Positions 19,552-29,322 of a stretch of 48,392 nucleotides of DNA are shown piece after piece; position 1 is the stretch's first letter, and every line of letters begins with the position of its first letter. The stretch is taken from positions 1 through 48,392 of the forward strand of contig RGZA01000001.1 in the NCBI GenBank assembly GCA_010031785.1, written 5' to 3'. The notes below the pieces were generated by a model. It was not told where the DNA came from. It did no database searches and worked only from the letters and a program-made list of their open reading frames with translations. Source of the stretch: Alphaproteobacteria bacterium (GTDB lineage Bacteria > Pseudomonadota > Alphaproteobacteria > UBA9219 > RGZA01). Made by a program: the position numbers and the translations under genes.

Positions 19552-20748
19552 ATGACAAATACAATTGCGACGAATACGATTATTAAACCAACGACTAAAC
19601 CAAAAAATCCTGGTTTTTCTTCCGGGCCAACTGCAAAACGCCCCGGCTGGAGCTTTGATGCGCTTGGGGGCGCACTGATTGGCCGCTCGCATCGCTCCAA
19701 AGAAGGCAAGGCCAAACTTCAGCAGATTATTGATCTAACGCGTGAGACGCTTGGCGTTCCTGCCGATTATAAAATCGCCATTACCGCTGCTTCTGATACA
19801 GGCGCTGTGGAGCTGGCGCTGTGGAACCTGCTTGGTGCGCGCCCGGTCGATGTTTTTGCATGGGATACGTTTGGCAAGGATTGGGTTACCGATATTGTGG
19901 AAGAATTAAAGCTTCCGAATGTACGTAAATTTGTTTCCAGCACGTATGGCCAGCTGCCTGATCTGACGCAGGCTAACTTTGCGCATGATATTGTCTTTAC
20001 TTGGAATGGCACAACTTCCGGCGTAAAAATTCCCAATGCGGATTGGATTAGCAATGCGCGCGAAGGCCTTACCATTTGCGATGCAACCTCGGCGGTATAT
20101 GCCATGCCATTGCCGTGGGACAAGCTCGATGTTGTGACGTATTCTTGGCAGAAGGTACTGGGCGGGGAGGGTGCGCATGGCATGATTATCTTAAGCCCGC
20201 GCGCGATCAAGCGTCTTGAAACGCACACGCCCACATGGCCGCTGCCAAAAACATTTCGCATTGTGAAAAAAGGTAAAGTCAATGAAGCCTTCTTTAACGG
20301 GGAAGTAATCAATACCCCTTCGATGATCTGCATTGAAGATGCGCTTGATGCACTACATTGGGTAAAATCCATTGGCGGTGCCAAGGCAATGGTTGAGCGT
20401 AATCTTGCTAATTACAAAATCCTGGCTGACTGGATTGAACGCACGCCATGGATTGATTTTCTTGCAAGCGACCCTGCAACGCGCTCCACTACATCGGTGT
20501 GTTTTGTTTTCAATGACCCTGACTATCTAACGCTCAATGAAGAAGGCCGCGCGGCCTTTGCCAAACGCGTGAATGCACTTCTTGAAAAAGAAAATGCTGC
20601 GCTGGATGCCAATGCCTACCGCGATGCCCCGCCGGGTTTACGGATCTGGGCGGGCAGCACGGTTGAGTCATCAGATATTGCGGCTGTATTGCCATGGATC
20701 GAATGGGCGTTTGCAACAGCAAAATCTGAATTGCGCGCTGCAGCTTAA
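19552..20748 (+). CDS. serC: phosphoserine aminotransferase
   Basis: Alphaproteobacterial-type SerC (PKNPGFSSGPTAKRPGW..., YSWQKVLGGEGAHGM). I place the start at the ATG at 19552 after GGAAGGAA; the track ORF begins at 19498. It lies immediately upstream of serA. Confidence 0.85.
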   Translation: MTNTIATNTIIKPTTKPKNPGFSSGPTAKRPGWSFDALGGALIGRSHRSKEGKAKLQQIIDLTRETLGVPADYKIAITAASDTGAVELALWNLLGARPVDVFAWDTFGKDWVTDIVEELKLPNVRKFVSSTYGQLPDLTQANFAHDIVFTWNGTTSGVKIPNADWISNAREGLTICDATSAVYAMPLPWDKLDVVTYSWQKVLGGEGAHGMIILSPRAIKRLETHTPTWPLPKTFRIVKKGKVNEAFFNGEVINTPSMICIEDALDALHWVKSIGGAKAMVERNLANYKILADWIERTPWIDFLASDPATRSTTSVCFVFNDPDYLTLNEEGRAAFAKRVNALLEKENAALDANAYRDAPPGLRIWAGSTVESSDIAAVLPWIEWAFATAKSELRAAA

Positions 20749-20805
20749 ATCGCTGTTTTCCTGAACCACTCCCTTATCAACTATTTCCTTAAAAGGATTC
20801 CCATC

Positions 20806-22246
20806 ATGACTGTTAAGCCAAAAGTTCTTATCTCCGATGAACTCTCCCCCCGCGCGGTTGAAATTTTCAGAGAACGCGGCATCGATGTTGATGTCAAAAC
20901 AGGCTTAAAGCCCGATGAACTCAATGCCATTATTCATGAATATGATGAACTCAATCACAACCGCAGAACATGCGATTGCGATGATGTTTGCCTTGGCGCG
21001 CGAAATTCCGGCTGCGAATGTATCAACCCATGCCGGTAAGTGGGAAAAAAACCGCTTCATGGGCGTAGAGCTGTTTGGCAAAACCCTTGGCGTAATTGGT
21101 TGCGGCAATATCGGCTCCATCGTGGCTGATCGCGGCGTTGGTCTTAAGATGAAAGTGATCGCTTTTGATCCGTATCTATCGGATGAGCGCGCCCGCGATC
21201 TAGGCGTTGAAAAAGTTGATCTGGATGCGCTGTTCACGCGCGCTGATTTCATCACGTTGCATACACCACTTACGGATTCCACCAAAAACATCATTGATGC
21301 AAAATCTTTGGCTAAATGCAAAAAGGGCGTGCGCATTATTAATTGCGCGCGTGGCGGCCTTGTCAATGAAGCGGATTTAAAAGCAGCAATTGATAGCGGC
21401 CATGTTGCAGGCGCAGCCCTTGATGTATTCCCTGTGGAGCCCGCAAAAGAAAATATCTTTTTTGGCAATGAAAAAGTGATCTGCACACCGCATCTTGGTG
21501 CGTCTACAACCGAAGCGCAGGAAAATGTCGCGCTGCAGATTGCAGAACAAATGTCGGATTATCTGGTCAGCGGCGCTGTCGTCAATGCGCTAAACATGCC
21601 ATCGGTATCGGCAGAAGATGCTATTAAGCTGCGTCCCTATATACGTCTTGCCGAATTCCTTGGCAGCTATTGCGGCCAGGTGATTGATTCAGGTATCAAA
21701 GGCATTGCAATCGATTATGAAGGGCAGGCGGCTTTTATCAACAGCAAGCCGGTTACAGCCGTTGCGTTGATGGCAATCCTGCGCCCGCAAATGGATAGCG
21801 TGAATATGATCAATGCGCCGGTGATTGCGCGCGAACGCAACATCCAGATTTCGGAAACCAAGCGCGAAGTGAACCGTGATTACCCAACCTTGTTACGTCT
21901 TACCCTGACGACCGATCAGGGCGCCTACACGATTGCCGGTTCGCTGCTTGGGGCTGAGCGTCCACGCATTGTAGCCTTGGGTGACTTTAATGTAGAGGTC
22001 GAGCCATCACCCGTGATGCTCTATGTACGCAACGAAGACAAGCCGGGCTTTATTGGCCGTCTTGGAACATTGCTCGGTGAAAACAAGATCAATATCGCTA
22101 ATTTCAATCTTGGCCGCACGGGGGAGCAGGCATTGGCCCTTGTTGCAGTTGACCAGCCGGTGAGCGCCGAATTACTTGAGAAAATCAGCAAGATCCAGGG
22201 CGTATTACGGGCGCGGGTGTTGAAATTCAACATCCAACAGGGTTAA
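20806..22246 (+). pseudogene. serA: D-3-phosphoglycerate dehydrogenase with an internal deletion of about 50 codons plus a frameshift
   Basis: ORF 20806-21039 encodes MTVKPKVLISDELSPRAVEIFRERGIDVDVKTGLKPDELNAIIHEYDE, then runs into out-of-frame residues. ORF 20915-22246, in another frame, resumes at NSITTAEHAIAMMFALAREIP...GKWEKNRFMGVEL and continues through the Rossmann, catalytic and ACT domains. The usual block between EYDG and FGNSITTAEH (the RSATKV...GRAGIGVDNVD region) is absent. Confidence 0.8.
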
Positions 22247-22359
22247 GAGATGGTAATACATCGCTTTCTTCAAATGAGGCAAAGGCAACTATTTCAAATT
22301 TGTTAACAGTTTGAAAATATACTGTTTTTCATACGTTTCTCTTTTGAACAGGGTTTGTC

Positions 22360-22851
22360 ATGCGTTACGGCTCATGGTTTATGATCGCATTGTTACTGTG
22401 CTGTACAGCGATGGCGCCTGCGCATGCTGAGAGCACAGTAACTGCTCCAACGATACCGACAACGCTACCGCCAGCCGTACCAACGACACCGATAACTGCG
22501 CCAACCACACCGACTGGTACCGATCCCACATTGCCAGCGCCGACCGTGTCAACCATCACAACGCCAACTGGCGCAATCATCACGCAGTCCAATTGTGCGC
22601 TTGATGAATTTGCAACCAAGGTGAATGACCTGACGGTATGCAAGAAAATGCCTTTATGCGCAACCAATGAGACGCGAACCTATGATGCGATGACGCAATC
22701 CTTTGTGTGTATAAAGCGCGTGGTATGTGATCCTAAAAAACGCGAACAGCCTGCCTTTATCAATGGCAAACACGTATGTCTTGTAACGCCCAATTGCGAT
22801 GCACAGGGCCGCTCCTACGCCTTTGATGGCACGAAGATGTATTGCCAATAA
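22360..22851 (+). CDS. hypothetical secreted protein with a Thr/Pro-rich linker and a Cys-rich C-terminal domain
   Basis: 163 aa. The signal peptide is MRYGSWFMIALLLCCTAMAPAHA. It is followed by about 50 aa of P/T repeats and then 8 Cys in the last 85 aa. I recognise no family. Confidence 0.6.
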   Translation: MRYGSWFMIALLLCCTAMAPAHAESTVTAPTIPTTLPPAVPTTPITAPTTPTGTDPTLPAPTVSTITTPTGAIITQSNCALDEFATKVNDLTVCKKMPLCATNETRTYDAMTQSFVCIKRVVCDPKKREQPAFINGKHVCLVTPNCDAQGRSYAFDGTKMYCQ

Positions 22852-22863
22852 AATAGTGCCAAT

Positions 22864-22897
22864 AAAAAAAGCCACCTCATTATCTGAGATGGCTTTT
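22864..22897. terminator. bidirectional rho-independent terminator between convergent genes
   Basis: GCCACCTCA (22871-22879) pairs with TGAGATGGC (22885-22893) with one mismatch. An A7 run precedes it and a T4 run follows. It lies between the 22360-22851 ORF (+) and gap (-). Confidence 0.65.
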
Positions 22898-22920
22898 CTA
22901 TTCTTAAATATTAGTTTGAA

Positions 22921-23931
22921 TTAGCCAGCCTTATGCATGGCCACGGCCGTATCAGCCATGCGGTTGGAGAAGCCCCATTCATTATCATACCATGACAGAA
23001 CGCGTACCAGCGTGCCTTCAATGACCTTGGTTTCATGCAAGGCAAAGATGGAGGAGTGCGGGTCATGGTTGAAATCGGTTGAAACCAGCGGAACATCATA
23101 GGTGCCAAGAATACCTTTAAGGTCACCACTTGCAGCTGCTTTTGAAATGGCGGTGTTGACTTCTTCAACCGTCGTGCTGCGCTTGGCGATGAATTTGAAA
23201 TCCACTACCGACACGTTTGGCGTTGGCACACGGATGGAGGTACCATCCAGCTTACCCTTCAAATCCGGCAATACCTTGCCAACGGCCTTTGCTGCGCCGG
23301 TTGAGGTTGGGATCATATTCAGTGCTGCTGCACGCGCACGCGCATAATCCTTGTGCATCGTATCAACGGTGCGTTGATCGCCAGTATAGGAATGGATCGT
23401 GGTCATAAAGCCCTTATCGATACCGATCGCGTTATGCAGCACATGCGCAACAGGTGCAAGGCAGTTGGTTGTGCAGGAAGCGTTTGATACAACCGTGTGT
23501 TCAGGCTTGAGCAAGTGATGGTTCACACCATACACAACGGTCAGATCTTCTTCTTCCGCTGGCGCTGAAATCAACACCTTCTTTGCGCCAGCCGTAATAT
23601 GCTTGGCGGCATCTGCGCGCTTGGTAAAAATGCCCGAGCATTCAAGTGCAATATCAATCTTGAGATCTTTCCATGGCAATTGCGCGGGGTCTTTTACATT
23701 AAGCACCTTCACAGGCTTACCATTGACCGTCATCACATCGCCAGCAACGCTGACCTCGCCGGGGAAGCGACCATGCACAGAGTCATATTTTAAAAGATGC
23801 GCATTGGTATCGGCATCGGCCAGATCGTTGATCGCAACAACTTCAATATCCTTGCGGCCCGATTCAAAAATAGCGCGGAACACTAAGCGGCCAATGCGCC
23901 CAAATCCATTAATAGCAACTCGAACGGTCAT
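22921..23931 (-). CDS. gap: type I glyceraldehyde-3-phosphate dehydrogenase
   Basis: 336 aa with [13 protein letters not shown] and the active site [12 protein letters not shown]. Confidence 0.97.
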   Translation of the reverse strand: MTVRVAINGFGRIGRLVFRAIFESGRKDIEVVAINDLADADTNAHLLKYDSVHGRFPGEVSVAGDVMTVNGKPVKVLNVKDPAQLPWKDLKIDIALECSGIFTKRADAAKHITAGAKKVLISAPAEEEDLTVVYGVNHHLLKPEHTVVSNASCTTNCLAPVAHVLHNAIGIDKGFMTTIHSYTGDQRTVDTMHKDYARARAAALNMIPTSTGAAKAVGKVLPDLKGKLDGTSIRVPTPNVSVVDFKFIAKRSTTVEEVNTAISKAAASGDLKGILGTYDVPLVSTDFNHDPHSSIFALHETKVIEGTLVRVLSWYDNEWGFSNRMADTAVAMHKAG

Positions 23932-23971
23932 TCCTTTTTATCCTTATTATAGCGTGTTTAAATTTAAGCGG

Positions 23972-25978
23972 CTATTTAAGCAAAGATTTGGCTGTTGTGA
24001 CAATAGCCTCTGCTGTAATGCCAAAATGCTTGTAAAGCAGGGGTGCTGGTGCAGATTCCCCAAAGCTGCTCATGCCGATAAAGCGATCTTGCTCGCGTAA
24101 ATAGCGATCCCAGCTCATGCGGATGCCTGCTTCAATCGCAATGCGCGGTGGCTTGCCAAGAAGTTCTGCGCGGGTTTCATCGCTTTGCTGATTGAAAAGT
24201 TCCATACATGGCACAGAAACAACTACCGCAGAAATGCCAGCTGCCTTAAGCGTTTCATAGGCTTCAACTGCAATCGAAACTTCAGAACCCGTTGCAAGCA
24301 GCGTAACCTGACGTTTGTCAGCATCACCGCATAATATATAAGCTCCCTTGGACGATAGATTTTCATCGCCAGCTTCGCTGCGCAAGGTTGGCAGATTTTG
24401 GCGCGACAAAGCGAGAACGGATGGCGCGGCTTTATTAGCAAGCGCAAGCTCCCAGCACTCTGCCGTTTCAATGCTATCGCATGGGCGGAAGGTAAGCAGG
24501 TTTGGAATAGCGCGCAGCGATGATAAATGTTCCACAGGTTGATGCGTTGGGCCATCTTCACCAAGGCCAATGCTGTCATGTGTCATCACATGTATAACCT
24601 GCTGTTTCATCAGCGCGCCAAGACGAATGGCAGGGCGTGAATAATCAGCAAATTGCAGGAACGTGCCAGCATAAGGAATGATCCCGCCATGCAGCGCCAT
24701 GCCGTTCATTGCAGCCGCCATCCCATGTTCGCGCACACCGTAATGGATATAACGGCCTTTGAACTCCGGCGTGATGCTGCCATAGCCTTTGACAAGCGTG
24801 TTGACCGATCCCGTTAAATCGGCAGAACCGCCGATCATTTCCGGCATGTGCGGAATAAGTGCTTCAAGCGTATTGCCCGAGCAAACGCGCGTAGCAATTT
24901 TTGGCTTATCCTGTTTAGCTTTTGCCTTAAAGGCTTTGAGCGCATCGCGCGCCGCCTGTGTAAGATCACCCTTCATTGCGGCATCAAATTCAGCGCGCTT
25001 GGGGGATGCCTGATGACGCTTGGTCCATGCCTGATATTCATGTGCGCTGCGCGTACCAAAGCTGCGCCATTCAGCCAATACATCCTCTGGAATAACAAAG
25101 GGTGCGTGGCTCCAGCCAAGCTTTTCACGCGTTGCGATAATTTCATCCGCGCCAAGCGGTGATCCATGCACGCCATGTGTCCCCGCCTTGTTAGGGGAGC
25201 CTTGGCCAATCACCGTACGGCAGGAAATAATCGTCGGGCGCGCATCTTTATGCGCAGCGATAATCGCAGCTTCGATCTCCGCCATATTGTGCCCATCGCA
25301 TTTCAGTGTTTGCCAACCATAGGCATCAAAACGCTTGCTGGTATCTTCGGTAAAGGAAAGGGCCGTGGAGCCATCAATCGAAATCTGGTTGTCATCATAA
25401 AACACAATCAGTTTGCCGAGTTTCAAATGGCCAGCCATCGATGCCGCTTCGTGGCTGATGCCTTCCATCAAATCGCCATCGCCCGCCATAACGTAGGTGG
25501 TGTGGTTGACAAGTTCGCTGCCAAAGCGTGCTTCGAGTAAGCGTTCAGCCAGCGCATAGCCAACCGATGTTGCAATGCCTTGGCCAAGCGGGCCGGTGGT
25601 CATTTCAATGCCAGCGCTTGGCATGACTTCAGGATGGCCCGCAGTGATCGCATGCAACTGACGGAAATTTTTTAATTCCTCAATCGTCATTTTTTTATAA
25701 CCCGTGAGATAATTCACGGCATAAAGCAGCATCGATCCATGACCGCCCGATAAAATGAAACGGTCGCGATCTGGCCAGGTAGGATCGCTCGGATTAAATT
25801 TGAGAAACTTGCCCCACAGCACAGCGGCAACGTCGGCCATGCCCATTGGCATACCGGGGTGCCCCGATTTTGCAGCCTCCACCGCATCCATCGCGAGCAC
25901 GCGAATGGCATTAGCAAGCATGGTCAGGGAAGGGGCGGGCCCAGAGGAAGAAGAAGGAGCAGCGTTTTGTTGGGGCAT
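23972..25978 (-). CDS. tkt: transketolase
   Basis: 668 aa with the ThDP motifs (SGHPGMPMGMADV, GDGDLMEGISHEA, THDSIGLGEDGPTHQP). Confidence 0.97.
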   Translation of the reverse strand: MPQQNAAPSSSSGPAPSLTMLANAIRVLAMDAVEAAKSGHPGMPMGMADVAAVLWGKFLKFNPSDPTWPDRDRFILSGGHGSMLLYAVNYLTGYKKMTIEELKNFRQLHAITAGHPEVMPSAGIEMTTGPLGQGIATSVGYALAERLLEARFGSELVNHTTYVMAGDGDLMEGISHEAASMAGHLKLGKLIVFYDDNQISIDGSTALSFTEDTSKRFDAYGWQTLKCDGHNMAEIEAAIIAAHKDARPTIISCRTVIGQGSPNKAGTHGVHGSPLGADEIIATREKLGWSHAPFVIPEDVLAEWRSFGTRSAHEYQAWTKRHQASPKRAEFDAAMKGDLTQAARDALKAFKAKAKQDKPKIATRVCSGNTLEALIPHMPEMIGGSADLTGSVNTLVKGYGSITPEFKGRYIHYGVREHGMAAAMNGMALHGGIIPYAGTFLQFADYSRPAIRLGALMKQQVIHVMTHDSIGLGEDGPTHQPVEHLSSLRAIPNLLTFRPCDSIETAECWELALANKAAPSVLALSRQNLPTLRSEAGDENLSSKGAYILCGDADKRQVTLLATGSEVSIAVEAYETLKAAGISAVVVSVPCMELFNQQSDETRAELLGKPPRIAIEAGIRMSWDRYLREQDRFIGMSSFGESAPAPLLYKHFGITAEAIVTTAKSLLK

Positions 25979-26223
25979 AGCATTGTAGCTCGGGTTGTTT
26001 TACATGCCCCTTTTTAGCATGCGAAACCTGTTTGACAAGTGGACACAAAAACTCAGCAAAATAAAGCATTTTTCATCTATTCCATCTTTGCGCGATCTCT
26101 GCTAACAAGATGCCGCGTCATAAACAGGCTGTATGCCAGTTTGTTGTTGCGGGTACAGTCCACCTTCGCTAAAGCTTCGGTGGACAATTTATACATATCG
26201 TTTTTTGTATAATTGAATAAATT

Positions 26224-26313
26224 GGAGGGGTGGCCGAGTGGTTGAAGGCGCACGCCTGGAAAGTGTGTAAACGGGAAACTGTTTCGTGAGTTCGAATCTC
26301 ATCCCCTCCGCCA
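26224..26313 (+). tRNA. tRNA-Ser (anticodon GGA), class II with a long variable arm and an encoded CCA
   Basis: Folded by hand. The acceptor stem is GGAGGGG/CCCCTCC. The anticodon stem CACGC/GTGTG carries the loop CTGGAAA. There is a long variable arm, and the T arm is GTGAG-TTCGAAT-CTCAT. A TATAAT box sits at 26208-26213. Confidence 0.9.
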
Positions 26314-26427
26314 ATTATTTGTCTTAGGACGTTTAGAGATGTCCAGAAAAAGCAGATAACGCCGTGTAAAACGAAGGTTTTCAGTGTAGGGTAGTCTGGA
26401 GTGATTTTTCAACATCCAGAAAAAAAC

Positions 26428-26476
26428 TGGGGCATAAATTGGGGCATAACCCAAGCCTCGGTAGAAAGATGCCCCA
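26428..26476. promoter_or_regulatory. three TGGGGCAT motifs just upstream of the integrase start, possibly arm-type or operator sites
   Basis: TGGGGCATAA occurs at 26428-26437 and 26440-26449 as direct copies. ATGCCCCA at 26469-26476 is an inverted copy. A separate pair of TCCAGAAAAA repeats sits at 26342-26351 and 26415-26424. Confidence 0.4.
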
Positions 26477-26478
26477 CT

Positions 26479-27690
26479 ATGCCGCTTACCGAAGTTAAGT
26501 GCAAAAACGCCAAGCCAAAAGAAAAGACTTATAAGCTTTACGATGCGCGTGGTTTATATTTGGAAGTAACGCCAAAAGCTAAGAAATACTGGCGTTTCAA
26601 ATATCAAATTAATGACAAGGAAAAACGTCTGGCTTTAGGGATTTACGATCAAGTTTCTTTGGCAGAGGCGCGTGAAGCCCGTGATGCCGCCCGCAAGCTT
26701 TTGCGGGAGCATAAAGACCCATCACTGGAAAAGAAGGAAAACAAGCGAAAAGCTGCGTTAAACAGTGAAAATTGCTTTGAAGCTATCGCCAAAGAATGGC
26801 TTGAAAACCGTAAGTGTTCATGGACGGAAGGCTATACATCCTATGTTCTAAAGCGTTTAGAGGCTGATATTTTCCCCTTTGTAGGGGCGTATCCCATTAA
26901 TCAGGTAACGGCAGCCCAGATTTTATCCGCGTTACGCAAGGTGGAGGCGCGGGGCACGAAAGATTTGCCTCATCGTTTACTTCAAACCTGTGGGCAGATT
27001 TTCCGTTATGCGATTGTTACAGGCCGCGCCGAACAAGACCCAGCCGCCGCATTACGCGGCGCATTGAAATCTGCAAAGAAAGAACACCATGCGTATCTCA
27101 CGGCAAAAGAAATGCCTGAGTTTATGAAAAAGCTTGCTGAGTATGATGGCGATCCATTGACCAAGCTGGCTTTGCGTTTGATTATTCTCACATTTTTACG
27201 CACCACCGAATTACGCGGCGCAAAATGGGAAGAATTTGATTTTGAAAAAGCGGAATGGCGGATTCCTGCCGAACGCATGAAAATGAAGGAAACACATATT
27301 GTGCCGCTTGCGAAGCAAGCGGTTGTAATCTTGGAACAGCTTAAAAAGTTAAACGAAAAAAGCGAATTTGTGTTTCCTGCACGTAGCAATGCCTTTAAGT
27401 GCATGAGCAATAACACCATGCTTTTTGCTCTTTACCGCATGGGCTATCACTCGCAAACCACCGTGCATGGTTTTCGTTCCACCGCCTCCACCATTTTAAA
27501 CGAATTGGGCTATCGTTCTGATGTGATTGAACGGCAACTTTCACATGGCGAACGCAACAAAATCCGTGCTGCATATAATCACGCTCAATATCTGCCTGAA
27601 CGCCGCACCATGATGCAGGGTTGGGCGGATTATTTGGATGAAATTATGGGTGGTAAAGTGATTATTGGTTATTTTGGAAAAACGGCATAA
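26479..27690 (+). CDS. int: tyrosine recombinase, P4-type phage integrase
   Basis: DUF4102-type N-terminus (MPLTEVKCKNAKPKEKTYKLYDARGLYLEVTPKAKKYWRFKY) and a catalytic C-terminus (HGFRSTASTILNE..., ERQLSH, AAYNHAQYLPERRTMMQGWADYLD). I place the start at the ATG at 26479 rather than the track's 26401. Confidence 0.92.
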   Translation: MPLTEVKCKNAKPKEKTYKLYDARGLYLEVTPKAKKYWRFKYQINDKEKRLALGIYDQVSLAEAREARDAARKLLREHKDPSLEKKENKRKAALNSENCFEAIAKEWLENRKCSWTEGYTSYVLKRLEADIFPFVGAYPINQVTAAQILSALRKVEARGTKDLPHRLLQTCGQIFRYAIVTGRAEQDPAAALRGALKSAKKEHHAYLTAKEMPEFMKKLAEYDGDPLTKLALRLIILTFLRTTELRGAKWEEFDFEKAEWRIPAERMKMKETHIVPLAKQAVVILEQLKKLNEKSEFVFPARSNAFKCMSNNTMLFALYRMGYHSQTTVHGFRSTASTILNELGYRSDVIERQLSHGERNKIRAAYNHAQYLPERRTMMQGWADYLDEIMGGKVIIGYFGKTA

Positions 27691-27701
27691 GGGGTTGAAA
27701 A

Positions 27702-28304
27702 ATGAAAAAGTCACATAATATGGGCAACAAAAAACTTCCCCAAAAAAAATGCTGCACTACTCAGCTAACTATTGATGAAAAACAGGAGCTTTTTGCTTTT
27801 ATACATTTTGATGTGTTGATAGATGATCTCGATGCAAGCCCTGTTCATACACTTTATGCTATACAGCACATTATAAACATTGGATGGATGCCTAGGAAAG
27901 AGTTTCTAGAGTATTTGAAAAAAAGGCTCGCCAACTACTGTAAAAAAAGAGACTGCACATTGGATACTGCATTTGGCGTCAAAGTAAAAAGAGGAAAAAA
28001 TGGCAACCCAAAAAATCAGATGTTTCGTAAAAGGTCGGATATACTAAAGCTACCAACGGAACTACTCGTAAAAAATATTATTTTATTAATGGCTCACAAC
28101 AAATTTAATGGCAGAACATATAAATTTCAGAACATTGCAACTGAAATTGAACATTCATTTAATGATTCTGATTTTGAAGACCGTATGCCTCAACGCAATA
28201 CGCTTTATAAGCATTTCAGGAAATTTTCTGGTGTGCGCCGAGTAAATAAACTCGTCGAATTTTATGAAAAAGGATGGCTGGTTTCAAAGAAAGTCAGACT
28301 TTGA
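27702..28304 (+). CDS. hypothetical protein (island orphan)
   Basis: 200-aa AT-rich ORF between int and alpA. I recognise no motif. Confidence 0.5.
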   Translation: MKKSHNMGNKKLPQKKCCTTQLTIDEKQELFAFIHFDVLIDDLDASPVHTLYAIQHIINIGWMPRKEFLEYLKKRLANYCKKRDCTLDTAFGVKVKRGKNGNPKNQMFRKRSDILKLPTELLVKNIILLMAHNKFNGRTYKFQNIATEIEHSFNDSDFEDRMPQRNTLYKHFRKFSGVRRVNKLVEFYEKGWLVSKKVRL

Positions 28305-28423
28305 AAGTTAGACTTTAATAATTTTATTTTTTGTACCCATTAGCCGCGTTTAGGTTCAGAAAATACCTCTCAATTGTCCATTAGGATGCTCTTAGTTTCA
28401 ACAGCAACTAAGGAGATTCCAAG

Positions 28424-28642
28424 ATGTCTAAACGCTTTATCCGTCTAAAAGAAGTGATCCAAATTACCGGCCTTGCGCGGTCAACCATATACGCGGCAAT
28501 CAAAGATGGAAGCTTTCCCTCCCAGATCAAGTTAACCCAGCGTGCCATTGGGTGGTCAGAGGAGCAGGTTTTCGAATGGGTTGGAAGCCGTCTTCCCAAA
28601 AAACATGAAAACGGCTCACAGCGTACAATTACCAAGCCATAG
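28424..28642 (+). CDS. alpA: AlpA-family transcriptional regulator / excisionase-like HTH protein
   Basis: 72 aa. The segment FIRLKEVIQITGLARSTIYAAIKDGSFPSQIKLTQRAIGWSEEQVFEWV matches the AlpA/Phage_AlpA pattern. An AAGGAG RBS lies upstream. Confidence 0.88.
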   Translation: MSKRFIRLKEVIQITGLARSTIYAAIKDGSFPSQIKLTQRAIGWSEEQVFEWVGSRLPKKHENGSQRTITKP

Positions 28643-28650
28643 GTGAACTT

Positions 28651-29193
28651 GTGGCAAGTAGGGGCAAAACCACACTTCCAAATGGTCGCAGCAGGAATCC
28701 TGATGGACGATATTTTCTTCTTCATGATTACATACTGCGATCCAAAGCCTATTTAGCCTTGTCCTGTGGAGCAAGATCCCTGTTAATTGAATTTATGAAC
28801 CTTCACCGACACTATAAAAATAAAGACGGCAAACTCATAGATAACAATGGAAAGCTCTTTCTTTCAGTAAGAGATGCGAGTGCAAGACTTGACTGCTCTA
28901 ACAACTCTACGAGAAAATATATGCAGGAGTTACTGGACTGGGGATTTCTCAAAATTGTCATAAAGGGGAGCTTTTCACTAAAGACCCCACATGCATCAAC
29001 ATTCATTTTAACTTGTCATCCCTATAAAGGCTCAGCACCAACGAAAGAGTTTGCTAAGCATGGCTTTCAAGAAATAAAGAAAAAAAATCAACGGTATCAA
29101 GATTTGAATGACACGGTATCAAATAATGATCTCATGTATGGCTATGAGATGGGTACGGTATCAAAAAGTGATACTGTACCCCCCAATACTTAA
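28651..29193 (+). CDS. hypothetical protein, possibly a winged-helix DNA-binding or replication-initiator-like island protein
   Basis: 180 aa with a GTG start. The segment LSCGARSLLIEFMNLH...LFLSVRDASARLDCSNNSTRKYMQELLDWGFLKIV looks wHTH-like. The 3' end of the gene and the downstream spacer contain the iteron cluster. Confidence 0.5.
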   Translation: MASRGKTTLPNGRSRNPDGRYFLLHDYILRSKAYLALSCGARSLLIEFMNLHRHYKNKDGKLIDNNGKLFLSVRDASARLDCSNNSTRKYMQELLDWGFLKIVIKGSFSLKTPHASTFILTCHPYKGSAPTKEFAKHGFQEIKKKNQRYQDLNDTVSNNDLMYGYEMGTVSKSDTVPPNT

Positions 29194-29219
29194 GACGGAG
29201 CAGTATCAAAAAATGATAC
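29091..29219. repeat. iteron-like cluster of four copies of ACGGTATCAA, two of them extended to the palindrome GTATCA-N5/6-TGATAC
   Basis: GTATCA occurs at 29094, 29116, 29158 and 29203. The perfect palindromes are GTATCAAAAAGTGATAC (29158-29174) and GTATCAAAAAATGATAC (29203-29219). Spacings are 22, 42 and 45 bp. Confidence 0.7.
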
Positions 29220-29322
29220 ACATATATTACCATCAGTTGTTTGTGGGCATCACGGATTACCAAGAACGCGCCGCGATGATGAACGATAATAAGCTGGCAT
29301 TTATAGATATGGTGGGGTGTGT

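Noticed and set aside
19767-21486. Minus-strand ORFs of 205 aa (19767-20384) and 193 aa (20905-21486)
   Set aside because: They are antisense shadows of serC and serA respectively.
26401-26478. N-terminal extension of the integrase (track start at 26401, non-ATG)
   Set aside because: P4-type integrases begin with M-x-LT-x-x-x-[IV]-K-x-AKP, which matches the ATG at 26479. The upstream stretch holds the TGGGGCAT repeats and is more likely regulatory.
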